Shown one piece after another: positions 37,736 through 47,463 of a DNA stretch of 64,000 nucleotides. Origin of the DNA: a virus. The notes under the pieces were generated by a model. That model searched no databases. It saw only the letters and a list, made by a program, of their open reading frames with translations, and had not been told where the DNA came from. The translations under genes were made by a program, and so were the position numbers. Each line of letters opens with the position of its first letter. Position 1 is the first letter of the stretch. Location: positions 4,885 through 68,884 of the IMG/VR virus record IMGVR_UViG_3300046517_001744. One strand, given 5' to 3'.

Positions 37736-40192
37736 CTAGAAGGGCGCCGTGCTGACCCGGTTGACGTAGTCGAAGTAGCCACCGGTCCCGGCGTTGTAGA
37801 GGGCGGCGCCCCCGGCATTGCAGGTCGTCTGTACGGTTGGCGTGAGGTCCCCGGCCGCCTTCGGCTGGAATGCCGTCTGCACCGCCAGCACAGTCGTCAG
37901 CGTCGTGAAATCGAGAGACGTGGCCGCGTACTTGTTGGTTCCTAGGCCAACACCGATGGACTTCACGTTGCAGAGGTCAGTCGGGCTGCCACCCGTCCAG
38001 ACGGAGAAGTTGCCTGCGACGGCGTTATAAGCCGACAGGCCATTGAAATTGGCGCTGCCGGAATACTTGCTGATGATTGAGGCCGAACTGGATGCCGCGA
38101 CCCCTTGCTGGTTCAGGTTCTTAATCCCGGAGACCGGGTCCTGAACTAGGGTGTTGAAGGCCACCACGGCTGTGCTATCGCAACTCGCCAAGGTGATCCC
38201 GTTGGCGAATGTGCCGACGTAGATGTTGCCCTCGAAAAGACAGCCGGTCATGATATTCGGATTGCCGACTGTCAGCGCGATAGGGCCGATCACCTGGGAA
38301 TGGTTCACTGTGGCCGAGGCGTTCGTACCGTTCCACTGACTGATGCCGCCCGTTATCACGGTCCCGGCCGTCACCCCCAAACCCGTGATTGTATTGTTGA
38401 CGGCCAAGACGCCGGGGTTCGCGGTAAAGGTAACAGTGGTGGCGCTTATCGAGCCATTGGCCACGCCTCCGTTCACCGGATTCGACATGAACCAGCCCTG
38501 TGAGTCTGCCCAAGCCCCGTCAGGTGTCGTCGTCGTCAAGCCAGTGGCCCGAACGCAGATATTTCCGATGCGCTCGCCAAACTGGTAGGTCACGCCAGCG
38601 CCAAGAGTCGAATAGAGATCAATCTCGCAGTCGGGATGCCAATACCCCGAGGCGTATTTGATATTCTTGGTGAAATTCCAGTCCGCATAGACCGGGCCAG
38701 CTGCGGTCGTCTGGATTCCTGCGATCCAAGGGCGCTCGAAAGTATTGCCGATGATCCAGAAATCTGTCGCGCTGTTGTCGGAGGCGGTCAGGTTGCCGGT
38801 CAGGTTCACCCCATCGAACATATCGGTGAAGATGTTGTCGTGGATGTAGAGTTCCTTGTTCGGCCCCAGGGCGCTGATGCCGGAAACCAGATCCATGCCA
38901 TTCAGGTGCGGCGTCGCCGTGGGAGTGCTGCCTGTGCAATCGCTGGTGACGGTCGCGGTCGTAGCTGGTGTGCCCTGAAGACTGTAGCCGCTGCCATTCG
39001 TGCTCTGCCCCCAGCCGGTGATGACTCCGGGATTGCCGGCCCCGACGTGCTGGTCAATCGTTGCGGTTGCGGTCGCGCCAAAGCCGTTGTTCGGTCCCGC
39101 GCCGTTGTCATGGTAGGCGACAGTCGCCGTCGTGCAGCCCGTGGACCCGACCCCCACGCTGGTCGTGTAGATGCCCTGCTGACCCCGCTGACCGACGACG
39201 CCGGAATTGCTCTGGAAGGTTGAGGACGCAACCTCGACAAAGCTCTGCGCAACCGATCCACCAGGCCCGATGGTCAGGATCGAATCGCTGGTGGCGAAGC
39301 CATTGGTCCCGTTGAAGTCGCGCTGGTGGTTCAAATTCAGGAACTTGAAGCCCTGAACGGTCTGCGTCGCGCCGCTGAGCCGGATATGTCGAATGGTGGC
39401 GCAGCCCGGAGACTCGTCGGTGATGGTGATCTTGTCGGCGTCAGGGAGCGTGAAAATCGTATAGCCGCCATTGGCGTAGGCGTTCGTCATGGCCGAATCC
39501 AGGGGCCGCGTGACCCGGAGGTCCCCCGGCGTGACAACACCTGTTGCTGCGTTGGCGCTTGTGACTCGATCCCAGACCGGAGGGTCGATGATGGCCCCGC
39601 AGCGCAGGTAAACACTATCGCCCATGACCGGGCCGCCGCTCGCTGGGGTCTTTTCAAGAACTAGTCTGAATTGCGTCACCATAGTTCCGCAGGCGCTGCC
39701 CGCGGTGCAACTCGCTGTATCCACGTTGGAGCCGTCACCTGGATCGATGTTCGTCACGTCGAAGCGGTTGGGCACCGCCACCACGTTGAGGTTGCCGGTG
39801 GCGCCGAAGGTGTCAGTGATGACGTAGGTAGCGGTGGTGACGGCCAGGGTCGGCGTTCCGCCGTAAGTCCCGTTCGGGACCACGCAGTTATGGCTGTCGA
39901 TCTTCAGGCGCGTGTCGGTGCTGATCTTCCCGGGAACGGCCTGGGAGAACACCAAGGAAGAGGCGTGCGTGCCTGTGTAGGTGATGTTGAGGAAGGGAAC
40001 CGAGCCGCCGGAATTGCTGCTGTTACAACCGCCATAGCCTGCGAAGGTCTTCGTGCCGATGTTCAGCGTCTGGTTGGCTGGCAACGCGGATGCCGGCGGA
40101 ATGAAGCCCAGCCGCAATCGGCCGGCGCCTGTCGCGTAAGCCTCCGTGCTGAGCGCGAAGACCGCGAACAAGGCCAGCAGAAGGCGCTTCAT
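37736..40192 (-). CDS. Large beta-helix protein with Sec signal peptide
   Basis: MKRLLLALFAVFALSTEAYA; T/G/N/S-rich, IHDNIF/IIGNTF/FEGNIY repeats. Confidence 0.7.
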   Translation of the reverse strand: MKRLLLALFAVFALSTEAYATGAGRLRLGFIPPASALPANQTLNIGTKTFAGYGGCNSSNSGGSVPFLNITYTGTHASSLVFSQAVPGKISTDTRLKIDSHNCVVPNGTYGGTPTLAVTTATYVITDTFGATGNLNVVAVPNRFDVTNIDPGDGSNVDTASCTAGSACGTMVTQFRLVLEKTPASGGPVMGDSVYLRCGAIIDPPVWDRVTSANAATGVVTPGDLRVTRPLDSAMTNAYANGGYTIFTLPDADKITITDESPGCATIRHIRLSGATQTVQGFKFLNLNHQRDFNGTNGFATSDSILTIGPGGSVAQSFVEVASSTFQSNSGVVGQRGQQGIYTTSVGVGSTGCTTATVAYHDNGAGPNNGFGATATATIDQHVGAGNPGVITGWGQSTNGSGYSLQGTPATTATVTSDCTGSTPTATPHLNGMDLVSGISALGPNKELYIHDNIFTDMFDGVNLTGNLTASDNSATDFWIIGNTFERPWIAGIQTTAAGPVYADWNFTKNIKYASGYWHPDCEIDLYSTLGAGVTYQFGERIGNICVRATGLTTTTPDGAWADSQGWFMSNPVNGGVANGSISATTVTFTANPGVLAVNNTITGLGVTAGTVITGGISQWNGTNASATVNHSQVIGPIALTVGNPNIMTGCLFEGNIYVGTFANGITLASCDSTAVVAFNTLVQDPVSGIKNLNQQGVAASSSASIISKYSGSANFNGLSAYNAVAGNFSVWTGGSPTDLCNVKSIGVGLGTNKYAATSLDFTTLTTVLAVQTAFQPKAAGDLTPTVQTTCNAGGAALYNAGTGGYFDYVNRVSTAPF

Positions 40193-40959
40193 GGGCCCAC
40201 TCCGAGCAAGGTTCCCTTGGGAGCGGCAGAGGAAGCCGCGGCAGGTTTGAACGACCACACCTGAGCGCCGACAATGCGGTTCGTGGCCCAGGTCGGCGCG
40301 TAGCCCACGGAGGTCGTCGCCGAGCAGTTCGTCACGCAATGGGCGATGCGGACGTTGTGGTTGGCGCCTGGGGTCGGGAAGTTGTCGGAGGTGAAATTGG
40401 CGTCCTCTACCCAGGTTCCATAGGTGGCGGTGGTGTTCCAGACGCCGATGACGATCTCGTTGGTGACGCTGAGCGGGCCCGTCGTCAGGGGGGAGCCGGT
40501 CCCGGTAATGCTGGTCTGCGTGGTCACGCTGTCATAGCCGCCGCCGGTCTTATCGAGCGGCGTGGTGGCAAGCAGCCCGGTCACGCAGATGGCGGCGGCG
40601 GCAGGCGTGCTGTTGGTCGTCCAGTTGATCTGCAAGCTGGAGCTGGGGCTGACGTCGGTCGTCACCTTGGCCGAGATAAGGACGAGCTTCTGGTTGGTGG
40701 TGTACGTCGTATTCAGGGCGGCATAGGTGTTGCTATGCCCGTCGCTGACGGTCCAGGCCGAGCTGTTGCCGACCGCCAGCGCCACGAAGACGTAGCTTCC
40801 GACCGGGCAATCGTTTGCTCCGGTGGTGATCGTGATCGTGGCGACGGAGGAAGCGCTGATAGCTACGCCGAGGTCAGCGACAGTGATCGCCGCTGCGACC
40901 GGCGCGACGGTCAGCGCCCAGGCCGCCAGCCCGATGAGAAGGGATCGCAAGAACTTCAT
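40189..40959 (-). CDS. Thr-rich beta protein with Sec signal peptide
   Basis: MKFLRSLLIGLAAWALTVAPVAAA. Confidence 0.75.
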   Translation of the reverse strand: MKFLRSLLIGLAAWALTVAPVAAAITVADLGVAISASSVATITITTGANDCPVGSYVFVALAVGNSSAWTVSDGHSNTYAALNTTYTTNQKLVLISAKVTTDVSPSSSLQINWTTNSTPAAAAICVTGLLATTPLDKTGGGYDSVTTQTSITGTGSPLTTGPLSVTNEIVIGVWNTTATYGTWVEDANFTSDNFPTPGANHNVRIAHCVTNCSATTSVGYAPTWATNRIVGAQVWSFKPAAASSAAPKGTLLGVGP

Positions 40960-40962
40960 GGA

Positions 40963-41739
40963 CTAGAACTGCGCGTAGGAGAGCGAGCCCGCTGTGTCCA
41001 CCGCGCCCGTGGTGATGATGCACACGGCCTCGCTGGCGGCGGTGACGAGGATAGGGCCCAGGCCGCTGCCGGCGCTGATGCCGCCATTGGCGGCGAAAGA
41101 CGCCGTGTGGCCCGATGCGCCGGTCAGGTAGTGCGTGCCGCCGCCGCAGGTTGCACCCGTGCCGGCGATCAGGGCCACCGTTCCGGCGCCGGACAAAACC
41201 CAATCGTAGTGTGTGACGTAAACCTTCGTAGAGCCGGAGGCCGCGACGACGAGGGTGGTCGTGGCGCTGGTGGAGGTGATCGGCGCCGAGGCCGTCGTTT
41301 GAATAAGCCGGGTTGCGCCGGTGTTGGTGGAGAGGCCCACGACACCGGTTCCGTCGGTCGGCAACTCGACTCGCAGCGCCCCGGCCGCTGTGCCCGCGCC
41401 CGTCGCGGTATTGACACCCGCGATCTGCTTCAGGTTGACGTCGGCCTGCGTGGCCATCGCCGCTTCGATGGCGGCTAGGTGCGCTGCGTTGACAACTTGG
41501 GTCGTCTCGAGCGCAAAGGCGTTGGTGACGGTGATCGAACCCGTGAACGTAGCGCCGGTGCACAGCAGCCCGGTGGTGTCCTGGGTGATCGCGCGCGTGT
41601 TGTTGACGCCGTAGGCGGTGTTCGGCGTGCCGCAGGACGAGACCACGTTGCCGTTCGACAGCTGCGCATGGGCCACCGCCGGCGCAAGCGCCACCAGCAG
41701 GAGGAGGGATGCCGCGAGGCGGGCCAGAATCCGGCTCAT
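40963..41739 (-). CDS. Thr/Ala-rich protein with Sec signal peptide
   Basis: MSRILARLAASLLLLVALAPAVAHA; paired Cys. Confidence 0.75.
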   Translation of the reverse strand: MSRILARLAASLLLLVALAPAVAHAQLSNGNVVSSCGTPNTAYGVNNTRAITQDTTGLLCTGATFTGSITVTNAFALETTQVVNAAHLAAIEAAMATQADVNLKQIAGVNTATGAGTAAGALRVELPTDGTGVVGLSTNTGATRLIQTTASAPITSTSATTTLVVAASGSTKVYVTHYDWVLSGAGTVALIAGTGATCGGGTHYLTGASGHTASFAANGGISAGSGLGPILVTAASEAVCIITTGAVDTAGSLSYAQF

Positions 41740-42164
41740 GACTGCTTGATGTCCTTCCGAAGCCGAAGAATGAAGCTCAGCGTGGCGTCCGGCATGGGGC
41801 TGATCGTGCTGAGCAGGATCGAGCCCGTCGCGCCGGCCAGGCCGGTCGGGACCGGGATGCCGCCCATCTTGTGCCACGCGAAGTCGGTGGGCGACGCGCC
41901 GTAGGCCAAGATCAGCGAGTTGGCCGACGCCTCCCAATCCAGTCGGAACTTCTGGTCCTGCACGTCGAAGTCGATGCCGATGATCTTCGTGTGCAGCCCG
42001 GGATAGAACACCTGGCCGCCGATCGTGACGCCGTAGACCCCGGTTGAGGTGGCGTCGAAGATCTTCTGGTTCGTGATCCCGGAGCCGTCGGAGACGAGCC
42101 CCACATTGAGCACGACGTTGCGGAAGCCGTTCTCGATGATCTGGACTGAGGCGACGTCGGCCAT
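41736..42164 (-). CDS. Hypothetical virion-region protein
   Basis: 142 aa, GGAGAGG SD. Confidence 0.7.
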   Translation of the reverse strand: MADVASVQIIENGFRNVVLNVGLVSDGSGITNQKIFDATSTGVYGVTIGGQVFYPGLHTKIIGIDFDVQDQKFRLDWEASANSLILAYGASPTDFAWHKMGGIPVPTGLAGATGSILLSTISPMPDATLSFILRLRKDIKQS

Positions 42165-42209
42165 GGTGTCCTCTCCGGCCCGCCAGGGCCATCCAAGGGT
42201 GAAGCGGAA

Positions 42210-43133
42210 CTAGACCTGGGCGACCCCGAAGAGCCCGATGGTGGGATCGGCTTGCACGGCGGTCAGGGACGGCCAGCAGCGGATCACCAGCCGCTTCGTG
42301 CCATCCGCGGCGTCCTGCACTGCGTAGGTGCCGCGAACGTCACCGGTGGTGTTCGTGGCGGGCGTAGTGGCGTCGGGGACGACGAAGCCGGTGTTGGCGG
42401 TGATGAGCGCGTCGTTCCAGTGGATCAGGCTGTCACTGAAGAGCAGCGTCTTGATCGGCAGGCCGAAGATGTCGAGCGTTCCGACGCTGTAGTTGTGGGC
42501 GTCGCTGAACTGCGGCACGACGGAGGTGACGAACTTCCACGCCTTCTTGCCCGCGGTCGTCGCGATGCCAGCCGCGGCGGTGATCTTCTCCGTCATCGGG
42601 TAGCCGAAGGTGTCGTAGCCCGAGATGATGAAGTCGCCGCCAGCGCCGCCCGACACGCCCGTGATGGACAGCGCTCGCGCTCCGAGGCTCGCGCGATCGT
42701 AGAAGGTGGTGAAGCCCTTGTTGCCGAACTTCTTGAGCGCCGGGTTGCCGTCGATCACGAGCGCGGCGGCGGGGACGACATTCAGGCTGGGCATGACGAG
42801 CAGGCCGCCGGTCGGGACAACGGTGATCCCGGTCGAGGCGGCCGCCAGCGTCATCGCCACACCGCTCGAGGCGTTGGCCAGCGCCACGATCTTCGCGGTG
42901 CCTTTGGTGGCGGGAATGAAGCTGAGCGCCAAGCTGTCGGCCCCGTAGAAGCCCACGACGCCCGCGCCGGTGTCGGACTGTGCGGTGTTGTAGGGCAGGC
43001 GGTGGTCCTGGATGCCGGCGCCGAGGTAGTCGACGCTGGGCCCGGCCAGGGCCGGGAGACCAAGCGAGCCGGGCGGCATGCGGGCGAGGACGCGATGGAC
43101 AGGCGCCCAGAATGCTGAAGGTGTACCGGCCAT
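42210..43133 (-). CDS. Putative capsid decoration protein
   Basis: Immediately after MCP; SGYDTFGYPMTE, GKKAWKFV, TTGDVRGTY. Confidence 0.65.
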   Translation of the reverse strand: MAGTPSAFWAPVHRVLARMPPGSLGLPALAGPSVDYLGAGIQDHRLPYNTAQSDTGAGVVGFYGADSLALSFIPATKGTAKIVALANASSGVAMTLAAASTGITVVPTGGLLVMPSLNVVPAAALVIDGNPALKKFGNKGFTTFYDRASLGARALSITGVSGGAGGDFIISGYDTFGYPMTEKITAAAGIATTAGKKAWKFVTSVVPQFSDAHNYSVGTLDIFGLPIKTLLFSDSLIHWNDALITANTGFVVPDATTPATNTTGDVRGTYAVQDAADGTKRLVIRCWPSLTAVQADPTIGLFGVAQV

Positions 43134-43222
43134 CGTCGTTCTCCTGAGCCTGCGGTCTTCGCGGGCTGCGGTTAGAGGTTAGGAGCGGCCGTAGGGGCCG
43201 CCCCGTCGTCCCTGCTAGGCGC

Positions 43223-44143
43223 CTAGACGCCTGGCGTGCCGAACCAGCCGCGCCAGTCCGTCCAACCGGCGCTGAAGCGCATGTATTGGGCGGCCTTGGC
43301 GTTCTTGGTGTCGAACTCGTTGTCGGTGTCGAACATCGGCTTGTCGCGCCACAGGAAGCGCGTGCCGTAGGGCGCGTTGGTCCGAATGAACCAGGCGGTG
43401 GCCGAGGTGAAGTAGTGGTTCACCACGATGCCCTTGGGGAACATGCCCGACGCCTTGATGACGTTGATGGCGTTGTTCGCCGTGTCGTTCTGCAGCACCG
43501 AGTTGATGATGCGGTTGGCGTCGAAATACTGCGAGGGCGAGATGGCCAGGCACTGCGGCGTCAGGCTGATCTTGTTGCCGCGGTAGTCGGTGGCCTGCAT
43601 GATCTGGATGCCGAGGTCCTCGATCGAGGTCTCCGACAGGTCCGCCGAGGTCGCCAGCAGGTTCGACTGGTTGCCCACCAGCGAGGGGTGGGTCGAGGCG
43701 ATCATGCACTGGCCGTCGCCGCCGGTGAAGGTGCCGTTGTACGCCTGGTTGAACACCCCGGCCGACACGATCTCTTCCGTCTGCCGGCCCGCGAAGGCCA
43801 GCATGGCGGAGCGGCGCTTGGAGACCACCTCATAGAGGTCGTCGCGCAGCTCCTCGAAGGTGACGATGTAGCCGCCCGCGTACGCCACGTGAGTGTAGCG
43901 GGTGACGGAGCCTTGCACCTCGGCGTCGTAGTTGAGTGCGCCGCCCTGGTCCTTCTCGCGAAGGATGCCGAACCCGGAGATTTCGACGTCTTCCTCATAC
44001 GCCTTGTCGGACGTCTCGACGTCGAACAGCATCGGGTACTCTTGGTCGTGCTCGGCGTACTGCCGGCCCCACCAGGTCTTGATCCCGGGCCAAAGGGCTT
44101 TCGGGTGTGCACCGGTGGTGATAACGCCGCCAACCGTGGCCAT
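43223..44143 (-). CDS. Major capsid protein
   Basis: KALWPGI, AYEEDVEISGFG, RYTHVAYAGGYIVT, GGDG..HP, ADLSE, AWFI, DWRG.FG. Confidence 0.88.
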   Translation of the reverse strand: MATVGGVITTGAHPKALWPGIKTWWGRQYAEHDQEYPMLFDVETSDKAYEEDVEISGFGILREKDQGGALNYDAEVQGSVTRYTHVAYAGGYIVTFEELRDDLYEVVSKRRSAMLAFAGRQTEEIVSAGVFNQAYNGTFTGGDGQCMIASTHPSLVGNQSNLLATSADLSETSIEDLGIQIMQATDYRGNKISLTPQCLAISPSQYFDANRIINSVLQNDTANNAINVIKASGMFPKGIVVNHYFTSATAWFIRTNAPYGTRFLWRDKPMFDTDNEFDTKNAKAAQYMRFSAGWTDWRGWFGTPGV

Positions 44144-44215
44144 CGATGTTCTCCGCCGCCGCTGCTGTAATCCGAGCCCCTGGGCGACACACAGGGGGCC
44201 GGGTCGAGGGTGAAC

Positions 44216-44836
44216 TTAGTAGCCGGAGGCGCCCCACAGGGCCGGCAGGTTGATCCGGCAAAGCCACTTGGCGTAGTTGCCGATGGCGTTGTCCGGCGCC
44301 CGCAGGAGCCCGATGATGCGGATCTGGAAAGTGGGGTTGGCGTTGCCGTCGTCGCTCGAGCTATCCAGCAGCCAGCCGGAGAAGCCCGTCACGGTCGAGC
44401 CCGCGCCCGCGATGAGATTGACGTTGGTGAAGCCGCCGTTCGCCGCGGCGATGAAGCCGGCCGACAGGGGCAGCGAGTCCTCCTGCGCGACGTAAAGCTG
44501 GTTGGGGTCGTCCAGGCAGAAGCCGTAGTTGAGGATCGACGCCTGGCGGTAGACCGGTAGGTCCCGCGTGATCGTCGAGGCGGCGTTCCCGGCTTTCGCG
44601 GGGCCGTTGGCGATGCCGTTGAAGGCGCCCAGGATCGTGTTCGCCGCGCCAGCGGTGGCGATAGTGACGATCGGGACCCCGAAGGCGTCGGCGACGCCGG
44701 TGGGCACCAGCGGATCGCCCAGGAAGATGTTGTTGGAATCGTTCGCTGCGAATGAGACCAGACGCCCGCGTCCGGTGGTCACGCCGGCGTTGTTCGTGAT
44801 GGGACGCAGCCCCATCGGAGAGTTGTTGTTGGCCAT
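44216..44836 (-). CDS. Capsid-associated (cement/decoration) protein
   Basis: MAN..P.GLRP, IFLGDPL, DDPNQLY; directly upstream of MCP. Confidence 0.7.
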   Translation of the reverse strand: MANNNSPMGLRPITNNAGVTTGRGRLVSFAANDSNNIFLGDPLVPTGVADAFGVPIVTIATAGAANTILGAFNGIANGPAKAGNAASTITRDLPVYRQASILNYGFCLDDPNQLYVAQEDSLPLSAGFIAAANGGFTNVNLIAGAGSTVTGFSGWLLDSSSDDGNANPTFQIRIIGLLRAPDNAIGNYAKWLCRINLPALWGASGY

Positions 44837-44940
44837 AGCGGTGAAGCCCTCAAGGTTGCCGAACGATGACGATGACCGCCCTACTTGGCGAAGACCGTCT
44901 TGCCGTGCGTGCCTGAGTGCGTGGGCGCCTGGCCCGAGAG

Positions 44941-45669
44941 CTAGTTGCTCTTTTCGATGGTGAGGGGGCCTGAGCCTGTCTCAACCGGGTCGTAGAACTT
45001 GCCTGCGTCTGACTTCTGGGCCGAGCCGGCGGGGGCGCGGAAGGGAGAGCCTTTCAAGGCGTCCAGCTGGTCGCTGGCCATCTTGTGCTTCGCCGCCTGG
45101 TCTTCCTCGAAGAAGACCTTGGGGATCTCCATGGCGTAGGCGTAGAGGACACCCTTGTCTCGGCCGGACCCTACGGCTCTGCAGATCGGCTTGCCGTCGG
45201 CGTCGACGACATGGGCATATCCGCTCGCCTTGGCTTCATCGATGCGTCCTGCGACATCGTTGAACCAGTGCCGGTGATAACCTTGTCTTTGGGCGAGCGC
45301 AAGCTTCTGGCTGTAAGCGCCCAGCGGCTTACGCGTCGCGCGGATCCTGGCGATGGTCTCCGCGAGGCTCTCGTCGGTGTCGTTGTGCTCCATCGCGACG
45401 CGCCCGGCGACCTCGACATCGGCGGTGCCGCCGCGCTCGGAAACCACGATCGATTCGCGCTGGACCTGCTCGCGGAAGGCCGCGGCCGCCCCGGGCTGCA
45501 GCGCGCGCTCATCGGCGCTCGGGCCATCCGGCTCGGGGCTGTAGAACCCGCTGCCGGGCGCGCCGCCCTTGGCGCCGGCCATCGGTTCGGTGGCGGCCGC
45601 GGAAGCGGCGACGGGCGCACCAGGCAGGCGCGCGGCGGGGGCGGCGGCGGGAACGCGGCGAGGGGCCAT
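44941..45669 (-). CDS. Conserved head-module protein
   Basis: GYHRHWFND..GRI, AYAMEIP. Confidence 0.65.
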   Translation of the reverse strand: MAPRRVPAAAPAARLPGAPVAASAAATEPMAGAKGGAPGSGFYSPEPDGPSADERALQPGAAAAFREQVQRESIVVSERGGTADVEVAGRVAMEHNDTDESLAETIARIRATRKPLGAYSQKLALAQRQGYHRHWFNDVAGRIDEAKASGYAHVVDADGKPICRAVGSGRDKGVLYAYAMEIPKVFFEEDQAAKHKMASDQLDALKGSPFRAPAGSAQKSDAGKFYDPVETGSGPLTIEKSN

Positions 45670-45672
45670 GGC

Positions 45673-46659
45673 CTATTTCTTCCTGTGCTGCTTCATCACG
45701 TCGAGCACGTCGGCGTGGGGGTCGTCGTAGACCGCCATGTACTCCGCCTCGGTGTACTCGGGCATGCCGCGCTTGATGCTGTTGAACGCCGCGCGCGCCT
45801 GGCGCCGCTCTTCCTGGTCGGCGATGGCGTCGATCGGCGAGGCGCCCTGGCGCGGCCGGCGCAGCGGCACGGTGGACGGCTCCATCGAAGGGGCCGCACG
45901 GCGGCGGAAGGGGTCGCGTCGCTGCGGCATCTCGTCGCCCTCGGAGAAGTCTTCGGGGAAGGCTGCGCGCATGCGGTTGAGCACGATCGCGAAGCGCTCG
46001 GTTAGGGTGGCATCGGGGTCGCGCAGGGACTCGCCCTTCTCGAACTCGATGGCGGCGTTGTGCAGGTAGGGACGCGTCGTGTCATTGAACCACGGGTTCG
46101 CGGCGATGAACGCGCGGGTCTCGGGCGGCATGGTGGGCGCGGGCGCCGGAGGTGGCTCGGCACGCGGCGGCGGCTCTTCGCGCTGATCCTCGCGGGCGCT
46201 GTCGAGCGCGTTGAGCTCGGCGGTGATCTGGTCGAACGCCACCTCGTCGCCGGCCGAGACCGCTTCCTTCTGGCGCGCAAGGATGTCGTCGCGGGCGCGC
46301 TTGTAGCCGCGCTCATCGGCGCGCTGGGCCAGGGCTGTCGCGGCGCGGATGGCTTCGGCTTGATCGCCGACGGTGCGCTTCAGCCCCTCGAGCTCCTCGC
46401 CCTGCCGCACCAGGCGCTCGCTCATGCGCCGGTTGTTGTCGCGCATGATCGGCCACTCGCGCTCGCCCTTCTCGAGGAACTCCTCGGCGGTCGTCCAATT
46501 TCGCGGGTCGCCGCGGTACTCGTCGCGCGTGGGGTTCTGCGGATCGGCCGGCATTGGCCGCCAGCCCTGGGCCCTGGCGCGCTCCTCGACAGAGACCGGG
46601 TCGAGCTCCTCATCCTCGAAGTCGCCGTCCAGGTCGTCGTCGGAGTCGGTCATGGACAT
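45673..46659 (-). CDS. Capsid scaffolding protein
   Basis: ARAQGWRP, AEEFL, coiled coil, FIAANPWF. Confidence 0.7.
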   Translation of the reverse strand: MSMTDSDDDLDGDFEDEELDPVSVEERARAQGWRPMPADPQNPTRDEYRGDPRNWTTAEEFLEKGEREWPIMRDNNRRMSERLVRQGEELEGLKRTVGDQAEAIRAATALAQRADERGYKRARDDILARQKEAVSAGDEVAFDQITAELNALDSAREDQREEPPPRAEPPPAPAPTMPPETRAFIAANPWFNDTTRPYLHNAAIEFEKGESLRDPDATLTERFAIVLNRMRAAFPEDFSEGDEMPQRRDPFRRRAAPSMEPSTVPLRRPRQGASPIDAIADQEERRQARAAFNSIKRGMPEYTEAEYMAVYDDPHADVLDVMKQHRKK

Positions 46660-46669
46660 CGGGGGCTCC

Positions 46670-47149
46670 CTATTCGACGCGGTGAACGATGGCGGCGCTG
46701 GCCGCGGCCTCGGCGTCGAGGTAGCCGCCGGCCAGGCAGTTGTAATCCATGAACCGGTAGAAGCCGCCGTCCATGCCCATCGCCACGACGCCGCTGTACT
46801 GCGCCACGTAGACGCGCTCGCCGGCCAGGGGCTTGTCGCCCTGCCAGGGACGGCCGTTGTCGAAGTAGTGGAACGCCTCGGGGCCCACCGCGTAGATGCA
46901 GCCGGTGACGCTCATGGCGTCCATGCGCTCCTTGCGGTCGTCGGTAATCATCACGCTGCCCACGGTCTGCGAGCACTCGTCCATGCGCACGAGGATGTTG
47001 CGCCCATAGGGGCGAAGGCCGGAGGTGTTCTCGCCCGACCAGGGGGCCGGGATGTAGTCGGCCTGGGCGCCTCGGATCGTGCTGACGATCTCGGCCGCCG
47101 CTGAGCCTGTGACGACGGCTGCCTTAGCGCCGCCAACCGCACTTCCCAT
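46670..47149 (-). CDS. GroES-like co-chaperonin
   Basis: LRPYGRNILVR, G.IYAVGPEA, GERV...YSG. Confidence 0.75.
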   Translation of the reverse strand: MGSAVGGAKAAVVTGSAAAEIVSTIRGAQADYIPAPWSGENTSGLRPYGRNILVRMDECSQTVGSVMITDDRKERMDAMSVTGCIYAVGPEAFHYFDNGRPWQGDKPLAGERVYVAQYSGVVAMGMDGGFYRFMDYNCLAGGYLDAEAAASAAIVHRVE

Positions 47150-47151
47150 GC

Positions 47152-47460
47152 CTACGTCTCTTCCTCAGCTTCGGCCGGTTCCTTGCCGTAGAAGCCTTGT
47201 ATGGCCTCAAGAGTGATTCCCCGCAAATTCCGCATCGCGATCAGCTTGCCGCGCACGACGTCGGGGTTGCGGTCCTCGTGGGTCTCGCCGCTGTGGAATG
47301 CGCCCGCCTCGAGAAGATCGGCGGCGAGCTCGCGCCACACCGCGATCTGGTCGTCCTGGAACTGCAGGAAGGCCGCGGTGATGGGCCCATGCTGCCAGAG
47401 CATCCACTCCTGGGGATTGATCTCGAGCAGGACGGTGTCGGGGCGGTCGAAGCCGGCCAT
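47152..47460 (-). CDS. Hypothetical protein downstream of portal
   Basis: EWMLWQHGPIT, 102 aa. Confidence 0.65.
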   Translation of the reverse strand: MAGFDRPDTVLLEINPQEWMLWQHGPITAAFLQFQDDQIAVWRELAADLLEAGAFHSGETHEDRNPDVVRGKLIAMRNLRGITLEAIQGFYGKEPAEAEEET

Positions 47461-47463
47461 GGG

